The notes: generated by a model from the letters alone, not told the origin. DNA of 32,000 nucleotides from Bacteroidia bacterium (GCA_020049855.1 JAGVLJ010000057.1:306-32305); one strand, 5' to 3'. Positions 17,358 to 26,805 are shown, counted from the first letter of the stretch. Program-made: numbers and translations.

Positions 17358-18383
17358 ATGATAAATGCTAACAACAAATTTTTGCAGCACTTCTTTCGCT
17401 TCAGGTTGCAGCATATTTTGTTTTGGATTGGGTATGTATGGCTTCAAACCATCATTTATAAACGCTATGACGGAACCGGACTAGCATTATTAAATGCACT
17501 GGTTGTAAATATCTTTCATGCGACAGCGGTGTACTTTAATTTCTATTTTCTAATCCCAAGACTACTGCTGCTTAAAAGGTATATCGTTTACTTTATGATG
17601 TTGCTGTTTACTGTAACATTGGTTAGTTATTTACTGGTTCAGGTAATGATTTTAATTGAGCCTGATTCCGAGAATTTTCTTATTGAATCCTTTAGCGGAT
17701 TATTTATCGGAGTACTTTTTACGGTTACTATCACCATGGTAGCAAAAATCATGGTCAATTGGTATCAGCAGCAGCAGATAACTATTCAATTAGAAAAACA
17801 GCAAATAGAAACAGAGCTTAAGTTTCTGAAATCACAGATTCAACCACATTTTCTTTTTAATGTACTAAACAATATTTATTCACTTGCGCTGCAAAAATCA
17901 GATCAAACTCCTGACGTTGTGCTTAGGTTGTCCGAATTTTTGAGGTATATTTTATATGAAACCGGAGATAAAAAAATTCTACTGAATAAAGAAGTGGAGT
18001 TTCTAAATAACTATATTGAATTGCAAAGAGTAAGGTTTAGTAACAGAGCAAATATTGAATTTGTAACCCAGGGAGTCACCTCCTCACAATATATTGAGCC
18101 AATGCTCCTCATCACCTTTCTCGAAAACAGTTTTAAACACGGGGTAGGAAATCAACTGGAGAAAGTATGGGTTCGTATTCACTTACATGCCAATGACAAC
18201 CAATTAACTTTTGATATACAAAACTCTAAGGTTGCCGAGGCAAAAAAAGAAGCACAAGCCGGAGGAATTGGATTGGAAAACGTAAAAAGAAGGTTAAACC
18301 TGCTTTATCCACAACAGCATGAACTTAGTATAATGAATAAGGAAAATGAATATCATGTTCAACTTAAAATAAACGAGTTATGA
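17358..18383 (+). CDS. LytS/YehU-type sensor histidine kinase
   Basis: 341 aa. Four or five N-terminal TM helices. His_kinase motif QIQPHFLFNVLNNIYSLA. HATPase_c N and G boxes (FLENSFKHG, GGIGLENV). Confidence 0.8.
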   Translation: MINANNKFLQHFFRFRLQHILFWIGYVWLQTIIYKRYDGTGLALLNALVVNIFHATAVYFNFYFLIPRLLLLKRYIVYFMMLLFTVTLVSYLLVQVMILIEPDSENFLIESFSGLFIGVLFTVTITMVAKIMVNWYQQQQITIQLEKQQIETELKFLKSQIQPHFLFNVLNNIYSLALQKSDQTPDVVLRLSEFLRYILYETGDKKILLNKEVEFLNNYIELQRVRFSNRANIEFVTQGVTSSQYIEPMLLITFLENSFKHGVGNQLEKVWVRIHLHANDNQLTFDIQNSKVAEAKKEAQAGGIGLENVKRRLNLLYPQQHELSIMNKENEYHVQLKINEL

Positions 18384-19093
18384 AACTAAAATGCCTTATT
18401 GCCGATGATGAGCCTTTGGCCTTAGATGTACTGGAAAATTTCATCAAACGCACCCCCGACCTTGAATTAGTGGCTCGCTGTGAAAATGCCATGCAAGCTT
18501 TACAAACGCTTAAAGAAAAACAAGTTGATTTACTTTTTACGGATATTGAAATGCCCGAATTTAATGGCATTGAATTGGTAAAATCATTAAATACCAAACC
18601 GTTAATTATTTTTACAACGGCCCACCCTAAATACGCTGTTCAGGGCTTTGAACTTGATATTGTAGATTACTTACTTAAGCCAATTGCTTTTGATAGGTTT
18701 GTTAAATCGGTGAATAAAGCCAGTGAACTGTTAAACTATAAAAAAAGCGAATCGCATGGAAAAGACGATTTGGATTACATATTCATTAAATCGGAACAAA
18801 AATACATTAAGGTAAATTTGAGTGATATTTTATACATCGAAGCTCTGGCCGATTATGTAAAAGTTCATATTCCGGAGAAACGAATTATTACTCTTCAAAC
18901 CATGAAAAACTTGGAGGACAAGTTGCCTTCTGAACGATTTGTAAGAGTGCATAGATCCTTTATTATTGCTTTAGATAAAATAAGTTCAATATCTGGAAAC
19001 ATAATATATATTGGAAAGGATGAAGTGCCCGTTGGTAAAAATTTCAGGGACGAGTTTTTTAAAATTATTCAAGAAAATAACCTTTTAGGCTAA
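18380..19093 (+). CDS. LytTR-family response regulator
   Basis: 237 aa. Receiver domain (CLIADDEP...LLFTDIEMP) plus a LytTR DNA-binding domain (Y.EA..DYV.V......I.....M...E..LP...F.RVHRS.I). ATGA overlap with the kinase gene. Confidence 0.9.
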   Translation: MKLKCLIADDEPLALDVLENFIKRTPDLELVARCENAMQALQTLKEKQVDLLFTDIEMPEFNGIELVKSLNTKPLIIFTTAHPKYAVQGFELDIVDYLLKPIAFDRFVKSVNKASELLNYKKSESHGKDDLDYIFIKSEQKYIKVNLSDILYIEALADYVKVHIPEKRIITLQTMKNLEDKLPSERFVRVHRSFIIALDKISSISGNIIYIGKDEVPVGKNFRDEFFKIIQENNLLG

Positions 19094-19872
19094 TGCAAGA
19101 AAAACTAAAAGCTTTTGAACGCTTGCTTCGCATCATGGATGATTTAAGGGACAAATGTCCATGGGATAAAAAACAAACTATGGAATCGCTTAGGCATTTA
19201 ACCATTGAAGAAACCTACGAACTCACCGATGCTATTCTGGCGGGTAATATGGCTGAAATAAAAAAGGAATTGGGTGATGTACTACTACATATTGTATTTT
19301 ATGCAAAAATAGCATCGGAAACCAACGACTTTACCATAACGGATGTATTAAATAGCCTGAGTGATAAACTAATTTCAAGACACCCACATATTTATGGGGA
19401 TGTGGAAGTTAAAGATGATGAAGAAGTAAAACAAAACTGGGAAAAATTAAAACTCAAAGAAGGGAATAAGTCGGTATTGGGTGGGGTTCCTACATCATTA
19501 CCATCTATTATTAAAGCCTTTCGCATTCAGGATAAGGCAGCACAGGTAGGTTTTGACTGGCCTGAGATTAAGCAGGTATGGGATAAGGTAGACGAAGAAA
19601 TGCTTGAATTGAAGCAGGAAACAATGATAGAAAATAATCAGGCTAAAATAGAGGCCGAATTCGGAGACTTGATGTTTACTATGATCAATATAGCACGTCA
19701 TCTAAATATTAACCCAGATGATGCGTTGGAAAAAACCAATCTAAAATTTATTCACCGCTTTCAATACATTGAAAAAAAAGCTAAAAAAAAAGGTAAAAAA
19801 ATAACAGATTTATCCCTGAAGGTGATGGAAGAATATTGGCAGAAAGCAAAAAATGATACTCTTAATTCCTAA
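19093..19872 (+). CDS. mazG: MazG nucleoside triphosphate pyrophosphohydrolase (tandem-domain form)
   Basis: 259 aa. CPWDKKQT..SL...T.EE.YEL.DAI....ELGD.L..I.F, RHPHIYGD, and a second EEM.E....EFGDLMF repeat. Its start overlaps the regulator's stop (TAATG). Confidence 0.9.
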   Translation: MQEKLKAFERLLRIMDDLRDKCPWDKKQTMESLRHLTIEETYELTDAILAGNMAEIKKELGDVLLHIVFYAKIASETNDFTITDVLNSLSDKLISRHPHIYGDVEVKDDEEVKQNWEKLKLKEGNKSVLGGVPTSLPSIIKAFRIQDKAAQVGFDWPEIKQVWDKVDEEMLELKQETMIENNQAKIEAEFGDLMFTMINIARHLNINPDDALEKTNLKFIHRFQYIEKKAKKKGKKITDLSLKVMEEYWQKAKNDTLNS

Positions 19873-20129
19873 ATAAATTTTTATAATACTCCAAAACCCG
19901 ATTTAAGTAAATTGGTTTCATTTATTGGCTTACGCAAATAACATTTCAACAATAACTCATCTTTTTCTGTTGATTTAGGCTTCGGCTGCACAATTAACAC
20001 GGCATTTTTAGGCATGAGATCTGATTTTAAAATGTGATTTGGGCGCATTCACAAACTAATACCAATTGATTAACTAAAATCTGATATAAGTATTCAAAAC
20101 TTTATGTAAACTTGCAAAAACTTTAATCA

Positions 20130-21620
20130 ATGATGACCCGTAACTATTTAACAGTGCTGCTAATGTTGGTTTCAATCACTACATTAAATGCTCAAACCTT
20201 AATGAATAAAAAAAATTACAAAACCTGGAGCATAGGTTTTGGCGGAGGTTACTTAATTGGAAGGTCTGATGTAAAACAATATGATTGGTTTCCAACTTCG
20301 ACATATGCAAATGAAAGGCGGTTTGGTTTTCATGGTGAGCTCACTAAACAAATTTCCCCTGCTTTAGGTTTTCAGGGAATGATTTTGAGGGGAAACGCAA
20401 CTGGAACGCTCAGAAGCAAAAATCAATATTATGATGCAGATATCTGGGACTACAGTTTAAATGCTGTAATCAACCTAAGAAATCTTTTATCACTTGGTGT
20501 TCAAAAAAAATATAAATTCTCCTATTCTTTTACTTTAGGTGCTGGTTTAGCTCAATTCAAAACAAAGCTTAAACAATTAGACGGCCCATCTAAAAACCAG
20601 ACTATTAACTCATATGGTTACGGAGAATTTGGAGGCAAAAATTCAAGAACGACAGAAAGTTTCTTAACCTTAGGTGCAGGAGTTAAATACGCTATAAACA
20701 AAGATTTTGATTTAGGTATTGACCTTTACTATAGAAGCTTAAATTCCGATAAATTAGATGCGGTAATTCAAGACGGTAATAATGACTCCTATATTTTTGG
20801 AGGTGTTGGCATCACTTACCACCTTGGAAAACGGAACTCTATTCCGTATGAAAGAGTTGATCCAACTAATAAAATGTACGAGCAATTGCAAGCTCTTCAG
20901 AATAAAGTTGATTCTATTACCAAAGATGGTGATGGCAACGGAATTCCGGATATCTATGAACGTAAGGATGCTACTGCGAGCACTCCAATTATCACCGATA
21001 CGGATAGAGATGGGGTAACCGATGATAAGGACAAAGAACCGTTCTCAAACAAAGAAGTAAAAGTAGATCCGCAAGGTAAAGAACTTGATGATGATGATGA
21101 TGGTATTCCAAACAGTAAGGATCTTGAGCCAAATACCCCCAAAGGAAACTTAGTTAACTTTCAGGGCAAAACTATTGTAGCAGAAAATAAAAATGCGAAA
21201 GATGACCAATTTGATTTCAATAATCAAACTCCGATTCCTGGTAATAAAAATGTGCCTACCAATGGTGGTTTGAACAAGTCTGCCGGAATCAGTCTGCTCA
21301 ATCGTGTACCGGTTTATTTTAACCTCAATAATGCAGCCGTAAGTAGTAAATACAATGAAAATTTAGCCCAAATTGCTTTGTTTCTTAAGGCAAATCCAGA
21401 TGTTAAACTACGTATAACTGGGCATACAGATGCAACAGCATCAGCTAACTATAACTATCAGTTAGGTTTACGCAGGGCAAATATTGTGAAACAATACTTG
21501 GTTCACAACTTCAGAATTAAGGCCGATAGAATTATTGTCGAGTCTATGGGTGAAACCGAGTTGCTTAGCCCTACCATTAATGAAATTAACCGCAGGGTTG
21601 AAGTAGAGATTATACGTTAA
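20130..21620 (+). CDS. OmpA-family outer-membrane protein with an N-terminal barrel, thrombospondin type-3-like Ca-binding repeats and a C-terminal OmpA domain
   Basis: 496 aa with a signal peptide. Acidic repeats DGDGNGIPD, DTDRDGVTDDKDKEP and DDDDDGIPNSKDLEP (about nt 20920-21135). OmpA C-terminal motifs GHTDATASANYNYQLGLRRA and NRRVEVEI. Confidence 0.8.
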   Translation: MMTRNYLTVLLMLVSITTLNAQTLMNKKNYKTWSIGFGGGYLIGRSDVKQYDWFPTSTYANERRFGFHGELTKQISPALGFQGMILRGNATGTLRSKNQYYDADIWDYSLNAVINLRNLLSLGVQKKYKFSYSFTLGAGLAQFKTKLKQLDGPSKNQTINSYGYGEFGGKNSRTTESFLTLGAGVKYAINKDFDLGIDLYYRSLNSDKLDAVIQDGNNDSYIFGGVGITYHLGKRNSIPYERVDPTNKMYEQLQALQNKVDSITKDGDGNGIPDIYERKDATASTPIITDTDRDGVTDDKDKEPFSNKEVKVDPQGKELDDDDDGIPNSKDLEPNTPKGNLVNFQGKTIVAENKNAKDDQFDFNNQTPIPGNKNVPTNGGLNKSAGISLLNRVPVYFNLNNAAVSSKYNENLAQIALFLKANPDVKLRITGHTDATASANYNYQLGLRRANIVKQYLVHNFRIKADRIIVESMGETELLSPTINEINRRVEVEIIR

Positions 21621-21641
21621 TTTAAATCTTATTTATCAACT

Positions 21642-21677
21642 AACAGAAAAACGGGTCTTCTACCCGTTTTTCTGTTT
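21642..21677 (+). terminator. Rho-independent terminator after the ompA-family gene
   Basis: Perfect 15-bp stem AACAGAAAAACGGGT / ACCCGTTTTTCTGTT with loop CTTCT. GC core followed by a T-rich tract. Confidence 0.8.
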
Positions 21678-21744
21678 AATAAATAGCTGATTTCTTTCAT
21701 CTTTCTTTTTCCTAAGATTATAGTGCATTTTTAATAAACTAAAT

Positions 21745-21752
21745 TATTTTTG
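21745..21752 (+). promoter_or_regulatory. Candidate -7 box (TAttTTTG) of the nuo operon
   Basis: TATTTTTG matches TAnnTTTG and ends 20 nt before the nuoA ATG. It lies downstream of the strong terminator at 21642-21677. Confidence 0.35.
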
Positions 21753-21772
21753 CTGCGTTTCTACACACAGCC

Positions 21773-22141
21773 ATGAGTAATACAGATTATCTCTTAATCT
21801 TTATCCAGTTCATAGTAGCCGGAGGATTTGTCACCTTAGTACTTTTCGTAACCCACTTTCTGGGACCAAAAAGAAAAACATCAGATAAGCTTGAAACGTT
21901 TGAGTGCGGAATTGAATCGCAGGGCAACGCGCGGCTTCCATTCTCAATTAAATATTTTCTAACGGCCATTTTATTTGTGTTGTTTGATGTTGAGGTAATT
22001 TTTCTTTACCCTTGGGCCGTTAATTTTAAAGAGTTCAGCTCCACAAACATGAGTGGGTTTATCTCCATGTCAATATTTATGGGACTGCTGCTGCTTGGGT
22101 TCATTTATATCATTAAAAAGGGTGCCCTTAAGTGGGAATAA
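21773..22141 (+). CDS. nuoA: NADH-quinone oxidoreductase subunit A
   Basis: 122 aa with three TM helices. FECGIES and FLYPWA motifs. Confidence 0.9.
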   Translation: MSNTDYLLIFIQFIVAGGFVTLVLFVTHFLGPKRKTSDKLETFECGIESQGNARLPFSIKYFLTAILFVLFDVEVIFLYPWAVNFKEFSSTNMSGFISMSIFMGLLLLGFIYIIKKGALKWE

Positions 22142-22159
22142 TTTTGAATAAAGAAATTT

Positions 22160-22702
22160 ATGTCGGAGATTAAAATGACAGAAGCACCTCTAGGAATAGA
22201 AGGCCCCGGTTTTGTTGCTACCAGCTTAGATAAAGTAATTGGGTTGGCACGCTCTAACTCGATTTGGCCACTACCCTTTGCCACATCATGTTGTGGGATT
22301 GAGTTTATGGCTACTATGGGGGCAAATTATGATTTAGCACGATTTGGCTCCGAGCGTTTAAGTTTTTCCCCTCGTCAGGCCGACTTGCTGATGGTAATGG
22401 GCACGATTGCGAAAAAAATGGGACCCGTGCTTCGTCAGGTTTACCTGCAAATGGCTGAACCACGTTGGGTGATTGCCGTAGGGGCTTGCGCCTCGAGCGG
22501 TGGAATATTTGATACCTATAGTGTACTTCAGGGAATAGACCGGGTTATTCCAGTTGATGTTTATGTTCCGGGATGCCCTCCCCGCCCAGAACAGATAATT
22601 GACGGAGTGATGAGGATTCAGGATCTGGTAAAAAATGAATCGTTGAGAAGGCGAAACTCTACAGAATATAAACAATTACTGGCCGGATACGGAATTCAAT
22701 AA
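22160..22702 (+). CDS. nuoB: NADH-quinone oxidoreductase subunit B
   Basis: 180 aa. N2-cluster cysteines in CCGIEFMA, GACASSGG and VPGCPPRPE. Confidence 0.95.
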   Translation: MSEIKMTEAPLGIEGPGFVATSLDKVIGLARSNSIWPLPFATSCCGIEFMATMGANYDLARFGSERLSFSPRQADLLMVMGTIAKKMGPVLRQVYLQMAEPRWVIAVGACASSGGIFDTYSVLQGIDRVIPVDVYVPGCPPRPEQIIDGVMRIQDLVKNESLRRRNSTEYKQLLAGYGIQ

Positions 22703-23208
22703 TGGCAATGTTAACCAACCAATACGCGCTGAAAAAAATAAAAGAAGCATTCTTAGATCATATCACCGATGCTTCAGAGTCATACGGAATGTTGACCGTT
22801 TCAGTAAATAAAGATTCTTATTTTGACTTGGTAAAATTTCTGAAAGAAGATGCTGAATTAAACTGTATGTTTCTTACAGATCTTACCGGAATTCATGACC
22901 CGAACAGATTAAACGAAGAACTTGGTGTGATAGTGCATTTGCACAACCTTACAGCCAATTTCAGAATACGGATAAAAACATTTGCCTCGACAGAGCATCA
23001 TTCCATTAAATCGCTCACCCCTTTATTTAAAGGAGCCAACTGGATGGAACGTGAAACATTTGACTTCTTTGGCATTCACTTTAGTGGACACCCTAATATG
23101 AAACGGATTTTAAATGTTGACGATATGGATTACCATCCACTGCTAAAACAGTACCCAATGGAAGACCAAACCAGAGAGGATAAAGACAATAAATATTTTG
23201 GCAGATGA
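22702..23208 (+). CDS. nuoC: NADH-quinone oxidoreductase subunit C
   Basis: 168 aa. 30-kDa subunit motif ANWMERETFDFFGIHFSGHP. TAATG overlap with nuoB. Confidence 0.9.
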   Translation: MAMLTNQYALKKIKEAFLDHITDASESYGMLTVSVNKDSYFDLVKFLKEDAELNCMFLTDLTGIHDPNRLNEELGVIVHLHNLTANFRIRIKTFASTEHHSIKSLTPLFKGANWMERETFDFFGIHFSGHPNMKRILNVDDMDYHPLLKQYPMEDQTREDKDNKYFGR

Positions 23209-24407
23209 GCAAAATAGATAACACTGCAACAGTCATTCAGGAAAAAGAATACAATATCCTAAATCTTGGGCCTACACATCCTGCCACACATGGAATCTTT
23301 CAAAACGTCCTTAAAATGGATGGTGAAATTATTGTGGAGGCGGAGCCTACTATAGGTTACATTCACCGGGCTTTTGAAAAAATTGCCGAACGCAGACCAT
23401 TTTATCAGATAACCACTTTAACCGATCGCCTCAATTATTGCTCATCGCCCATCAATAATATGGGCTGGCATATGACGGTTGAAAAATTGATTGGGGCACA
23501 ACTACCGAAAAAAGTGGATTACATGCGGGTAATTGTAATGGAACTAGCACGAATTGCTGACCATATTATTTGCAACTCGGTAATTGCCGTTGATACCGGA
23601 GCACTCACCGGATTTACCTATGTGTTTCAATGGAGAGAAAAAATTTACGAACTGTTTGAGGAGATTTGCGGTGCACGCTTAACGACTAATATTGGGCGCA
23701 TTGGCGGGTTTGAACGCGATTTCTCCGATAAATTTTACACTAAACTCAATGCTTTTCTAAATGAATTCCCTGATAAATGGAAAGAATTTGAATCGCTGGT
23801 AAGTCGTAACCGGATTTTTATGGATCGTACAGTTGGGTGCGGGCCTATATCGGCCGAAATGGCGCTGGAATACAGTTTCACGGGACCGAATTTAAGAGCC
23901 GCAGGTGTAGACTATGATGTGCGGGTAATGAATCCTTACAGTTCGTATCAGGACTTTGATTTTATAATTCCTGTTGGAACCAGTGGCGACACCTACGACC
24001 GATATATGGTGCGCAACGAAGAGATATGGCAAAGTTTAAGTATTATTAAACAAGCACTGGAAAAAATGCCAATCGGAAAACACCATGCCGAAATACCGGA
24101 TTTTTACTTGCCGCCTAAAGAAGAAGTATATTCGACAATGGAAGGTTTGATATGGCACTTTAAAATAGTGATGGGAGAAACTGAAATTCCAAATGGTGAA
24201 GTATACCACTCGGTAGAAGGTGGAAATGGAGAACTCGGATTTTACCTGGTAAGTGATGGCGGACGTACACCTTTCCGCCTTCATTTTCGTAGACCATGTT
24301 TTATTTACTATCAGGCCTATCCGGAAATGGTTAAGGGAGGCATGCTGTCTGACGCCATTATCACTATGAGCAGTATGAATGTAATTGCAGGAGAACTTGA
24401 CGCTTAA
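23205..24407 (+). CDS. nuoD: NADH-quinone oxidoreductase subunit D
   Basis: 400 aa. 49-kDa subunit motifs LNLGPTHPATHG and GYIHRAFEK. ATGA overlap with nuoC. Confidence 0.95.
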   Translation: MSKIDNTATVIQEKEYNILNLGPTHPATHGIFQNVLKMDGEIIVEAEPTIGYIHRAFEKIAERRPFYQITTLTDRLNYCSSPINNMGWHMTVEKLIGAQLPKKVDYMRVIVMELARIADHIICNSVIAVDTGALTGFTYVFQWREKIYELFEEICGARLTTNIGRIGGFERDFSDKFYTKLNAFLNEFPDKWKEFESLVSRNRIFMDRTVGCGPISAEMALEYSFTGPNLRAAGVDYDVRVMNPYSSYQDFDFIIPVGTSGDTYDRYMVRNEEIWQSLSIIKQALEKMPIGKHHAEIPDFYLPPKEEVYSTMEGLIWHFKIVMGETEIPNGEVYHSVEGGNGELGFYLVSDGGRTPFRLHFRRPCFIYYQAYPEMVKGGMLSDAIITMSSMNVIAGELDA

Positions 24408-24416
24408 TTGAACAAC

Positions 24417-24971
24417 ATGAACACAGGTCACACACAACAGGAAATTAAGTTCAGTGACGAGAGTCTTGAATTGGTTAGAAACATCATTGCCCGTTATCCG
24501 CAGGGAAAACAAAAGTCAGCATTACTGCCATTGCTTCATTTGGCACAGGCAGAGTTTGACGGATGGCTCAGCGTTCCAGTAATGGATTATGTTGCCTCAC
24601 TGCTTAGTATTAAACCAATTGAAGTGTATGAGGTGGCTTCGTTTTACACCATGTTTAACTTGAAGCCTGTAGGCAAGTGTCTGATTGAAGTTTGTCAGAC
24701 CAGCAGTTGCTGGCTGTTGGGTGCTGAAGACATCATAAAACATTTAGAGAAAAAGTTAGGTATTAAAGTGGGCGAAACCACCAAAGACGGGATGTTCACA
24801 CTGAAAACGGTGGAGTGCTTAGGCTCTTGCGGAACTGCTCCCATGCTGATGTGTGGCGCTCAGTTTCACGAAAACCTGACCATAGAAAAAGTGGATACCT
24901 TACTTACTGATTTAAAGACAGAAGGTAAACGCAAAACCTATCTGGACGAAGTTAAAATTGATAAATACTAA
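24417..24971 (+). CDS. nuoE: NADH-quinone oxidoreductase subunit E
   Basis: 2Fe-2S ligands in EVCQTSSC and ECLGSCGTAPM. I prefer ATG 24417. The track's TTG at 24408, directly after the nuoD stop, is also possible. Confidence 0.9.
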   Translation: MNTGHTQQEIKFSDESLELVRNIIARYPQGKQKSALLPLLHLAQAEFDGWLSVPVMDYVASLLSIKPIEVYEVASFYTMFNLKPVGKCLIEVCQTSSCWLLGAEDIIKHLEKKLGIKVGETTKDGMFTLKTVECLGSCGTAPMLMCGAQFHENLTIEKVDTLLTDLKTEGKRKTYLDEVKIDKY

Positions 24972-24996
24972 CTAATAGCCGCTGATTTGCGCTGAT
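24971..24996. repeat. Left arm of the long-range inverted repeat bracketing the GxxExxY gene
   Basis: Contains CGCTGAT twice at 10-nt spacing (24980-24986, 24990-24996) and ends at the base before ATG 24997. It pairs with 25414-25438; see findings. Confidence 0.7.
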
Positions 24997-25413
24997 ATGA
25001 TACTTGAAGAAGCAAAAGAGATTTATAAAACATTAGAAAGTTATCCTTTACAAGAGGAAGCTTTTCAGGTAATAGGGGCGTGTATGGATGTGCACATGGA
25101 GTTAGGTAAAGGCTTTCTTGAGATAGTGTACAAAGAAGCATTGGAATATGAATTCCGCAAAAGAGGAATAGCCTTTGAGCGGGAAAAGAAATTTGATATT
25201 CAATACAAAGAAATAACACTTGCTCACTCCTACTATGCTGACTTTGTTGTGTGCAATAACATTATACTTGAGGTAAAGGCTCAGGAAGGTGTGATAGAAG
25301 AACATTATAAACAAGTGATTAACTACTTGGCGGTTTCAAAACTCCAATTGGGATTGCTTGTTAATTTTGGAGAAGCTTCATTAAAATTTAAACGAGTTGT
25401 ATTAACCAAATAA
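24997..25413 (+). CDS. GxxExxY protein (PD-(D/E)XK nuclease-fold superfamily) inserted between nuoE and nuoF
   Basis: 138 aa. GKGFLEIVYKEAL (the G..E..Y signature), ADFVV...IILEVKA (a D..(E/L)VK PD-(D/E)XK-like core), QVINYL and LLVNFG. Confidence 0.85.
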   Translation: MILEEAKEIYKTLESYPLQEEAFQVIGACMDVHMELGKGFLEIVYKEALEYEFRKRGIAFEREKKFDIQYKEITLAHSYYADFVVCNNIILEVKAQEGVIEEHYKQVINYLAVSKLQLGLLVNFGEASLKFKRVVLTK

Positions 25414-25438
25414 ATTAGCGGCAATCAGCGAAATTAGT
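25414..25438. repeat. Right arm of the inverted repeat bracketing the GxxExxY gene
   Basis: ATTAGCGGCA / ATCAGCGAA / ATTAGTGGCA: three ~10-nt subrepeats starting at the base after stop codon 25411-25413. They are the reverse complement of the left-arm units. Confidence 0.7.
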
Positions 25439-25449
25439 GGCAAAAAAGC

Positions 25450-26799
25450 ATGGGAAAGAAACTACTTTTAGAACACGATAACGTTCCCGGTATACAGGGT
25501 TATGACGTATATCGCCAAATGGGCGGATATGCATCAGTGGAAAAAGCGTTAAAAACCATGAACCCGAATGCCGTGGTGGAAGAAGTAAAAAAATCTGGTT
25601 TGCGCGGACGAGGCGGTGCCGGATTTCCAACAGGCATGAAATGGAGTTTTCTGGCCAAGCCCGATGGCGTTCCGCGCCATTTGGTTTGTAATGCCGATGA
25701 ATCGGAACCCGGTACGTTCAAAGACCGTTACCTCATGTCGCGCATCCCTCACCTGCTGGTAGAAGGAATGATTACCTCCAGCTTTGCTTTGGGAGCAAAT
25801 ACTTCGTACATCTACATTCGAGGTGAGTACTATTACATCGTTCGCATATTAGAAAAAGCCATTGCTGAAGCTTATGCTCACGGGTGGCTGGGTAAAAATA
25901 TTTTAGGTACCGGATACAACCTCGACCTGTATGTGCAGGTGGGTGGTGGCGCTTACATTTGTGGTGAAGAAACCGCATTGCTTGAATCACTGGAAGGCAA
26001 GCGTGGTAACCCGCGCATTAAGCCTCCCTTCCCTGCCGTAAAAGGATTGTGGGAACGCCCAACGGTAGTAAACAATGTGGAAACCATTGCTGCAGTAGTG
26101 CCTATTGTAAACAACGGTGGTGATGCTTACGCAGCCATTGGGGTGGGAAAATCAACAGGTACCAAATTAATTTCTGCATCGGGACATTTGAATAAACCCG
26201 GTGTGTATGAAATTGAATTGGGTTTGCCGGTAGAAGAGTTTATTTATTCTGAGGAATACTGCGGTGGCATTCGCAACGGACGTGAGCTGAAAGCCGTAGT
26301 AGCAGGTGGTTCATCAGTTCCTATATTGCCCAAACATTTAATCTTAAACACAGCAGCCGGTGAGCCCCGCTTAATGAGCTACGAGTCATTGGCCGATGGA
26401 GGTTTTGTTACCGGAACCATGATGGGCTCCGGTGGTTTTATTGCCATGGACGATACCACCAGCATCGTAAAAAACTTATATACCTTCACCCGTTTCTATC
26501 ACCACGAGAGTTGCGGACAATGCAGTCCCTGCCGTGAAGGAACCGCATGGATGGAAAAAGTACTACACAAAATTCTTGACGGACATGGCACTCTGGCTGA
26601 TGTGGACCTGCTGTGGGATTTACAAAAAAACATTGAAGGAAAAACCATTTGCCCGCTGGGCGAAGCTGCTGCTTGGCCCGTGGCCGCTGCCATTCGCCAT
26701 TTCCGTACCGAGTTTGAAGAGTTTGTAAAAAACCCTACCCGCATTAAAGACGTAAAACATTATTACCGTTTGAATAATTTACCTGAACCTGTAATGTAA
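25450..26799 (+). CDS. nuoF: NADH-quinone oxidoreductase subunit F
   Basis: 449 aa. FMN/NADH site GLRGRGGAGFPTGMKW and N3-cluster motif ESCGQCSPCREG...CPLG. Confidence 0.95.
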   Translation: MGKKLLLEHDNVPGIQGYDVYRQMGGYASVEKALKTMNPNAVVEEVKKSGLRGRGGAGFPTGMKWSFLAKPDGVPRHLVCNADESEPGTFKDRYLMSRIPHLLVEGMITSSFALGANTSYIYIRGEYYYIVRILEKAIAEAYAHGWLGKNILGTGYNLDLYVQVGGGAYICGEETALLESLEGKRGNPRIKPPFPAVKGLWERPTVVNNVETIAAVVPIVNNGGDAYAAIGVGKSTGTKLISASGHLNKPGVYEIELGLPVEEFIYSEEYCGGIRNGRELKAVVAGGSSVPILPKHLILNTAAGEPRLMSYESLADGGFVTGTMMGSGGFIAMDDTTSIVKNLYTFTRFYHHESCGQCSPCREGTAWMEKVLHKILDGHGTLADVDLLWDLQKNIEGKTICPLGEAAAWPVAAAIRHFRTEFEEFVKNPTRIKDVKHYYRLNNLPEPVM

Positions 26800-26805
26800 A
26801 CCCGT

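Noticed and set aside
20043-20063. TGTGA...TCACA inverted repeat upstream of the ompA-family gene, which resembles a CRP-type site.
   Set aside because: The spacer is 11 nt rather than the 6 nt of the CRP/FNR consensus, and 5-bp arms are expected by chance in 32 kb.
24036-24512. 158-aa ORF on the minus strand spanning the nuoD/nuoE junction, the longest antisense ORF in the track.
   Set aside because: It lies entirely antisense to two strongly motif-supported complex I genes. Its translation is low-complexity (F/V/Y/H-rich) with no recognisable motif. This is typical shadow-ORF behaviour.
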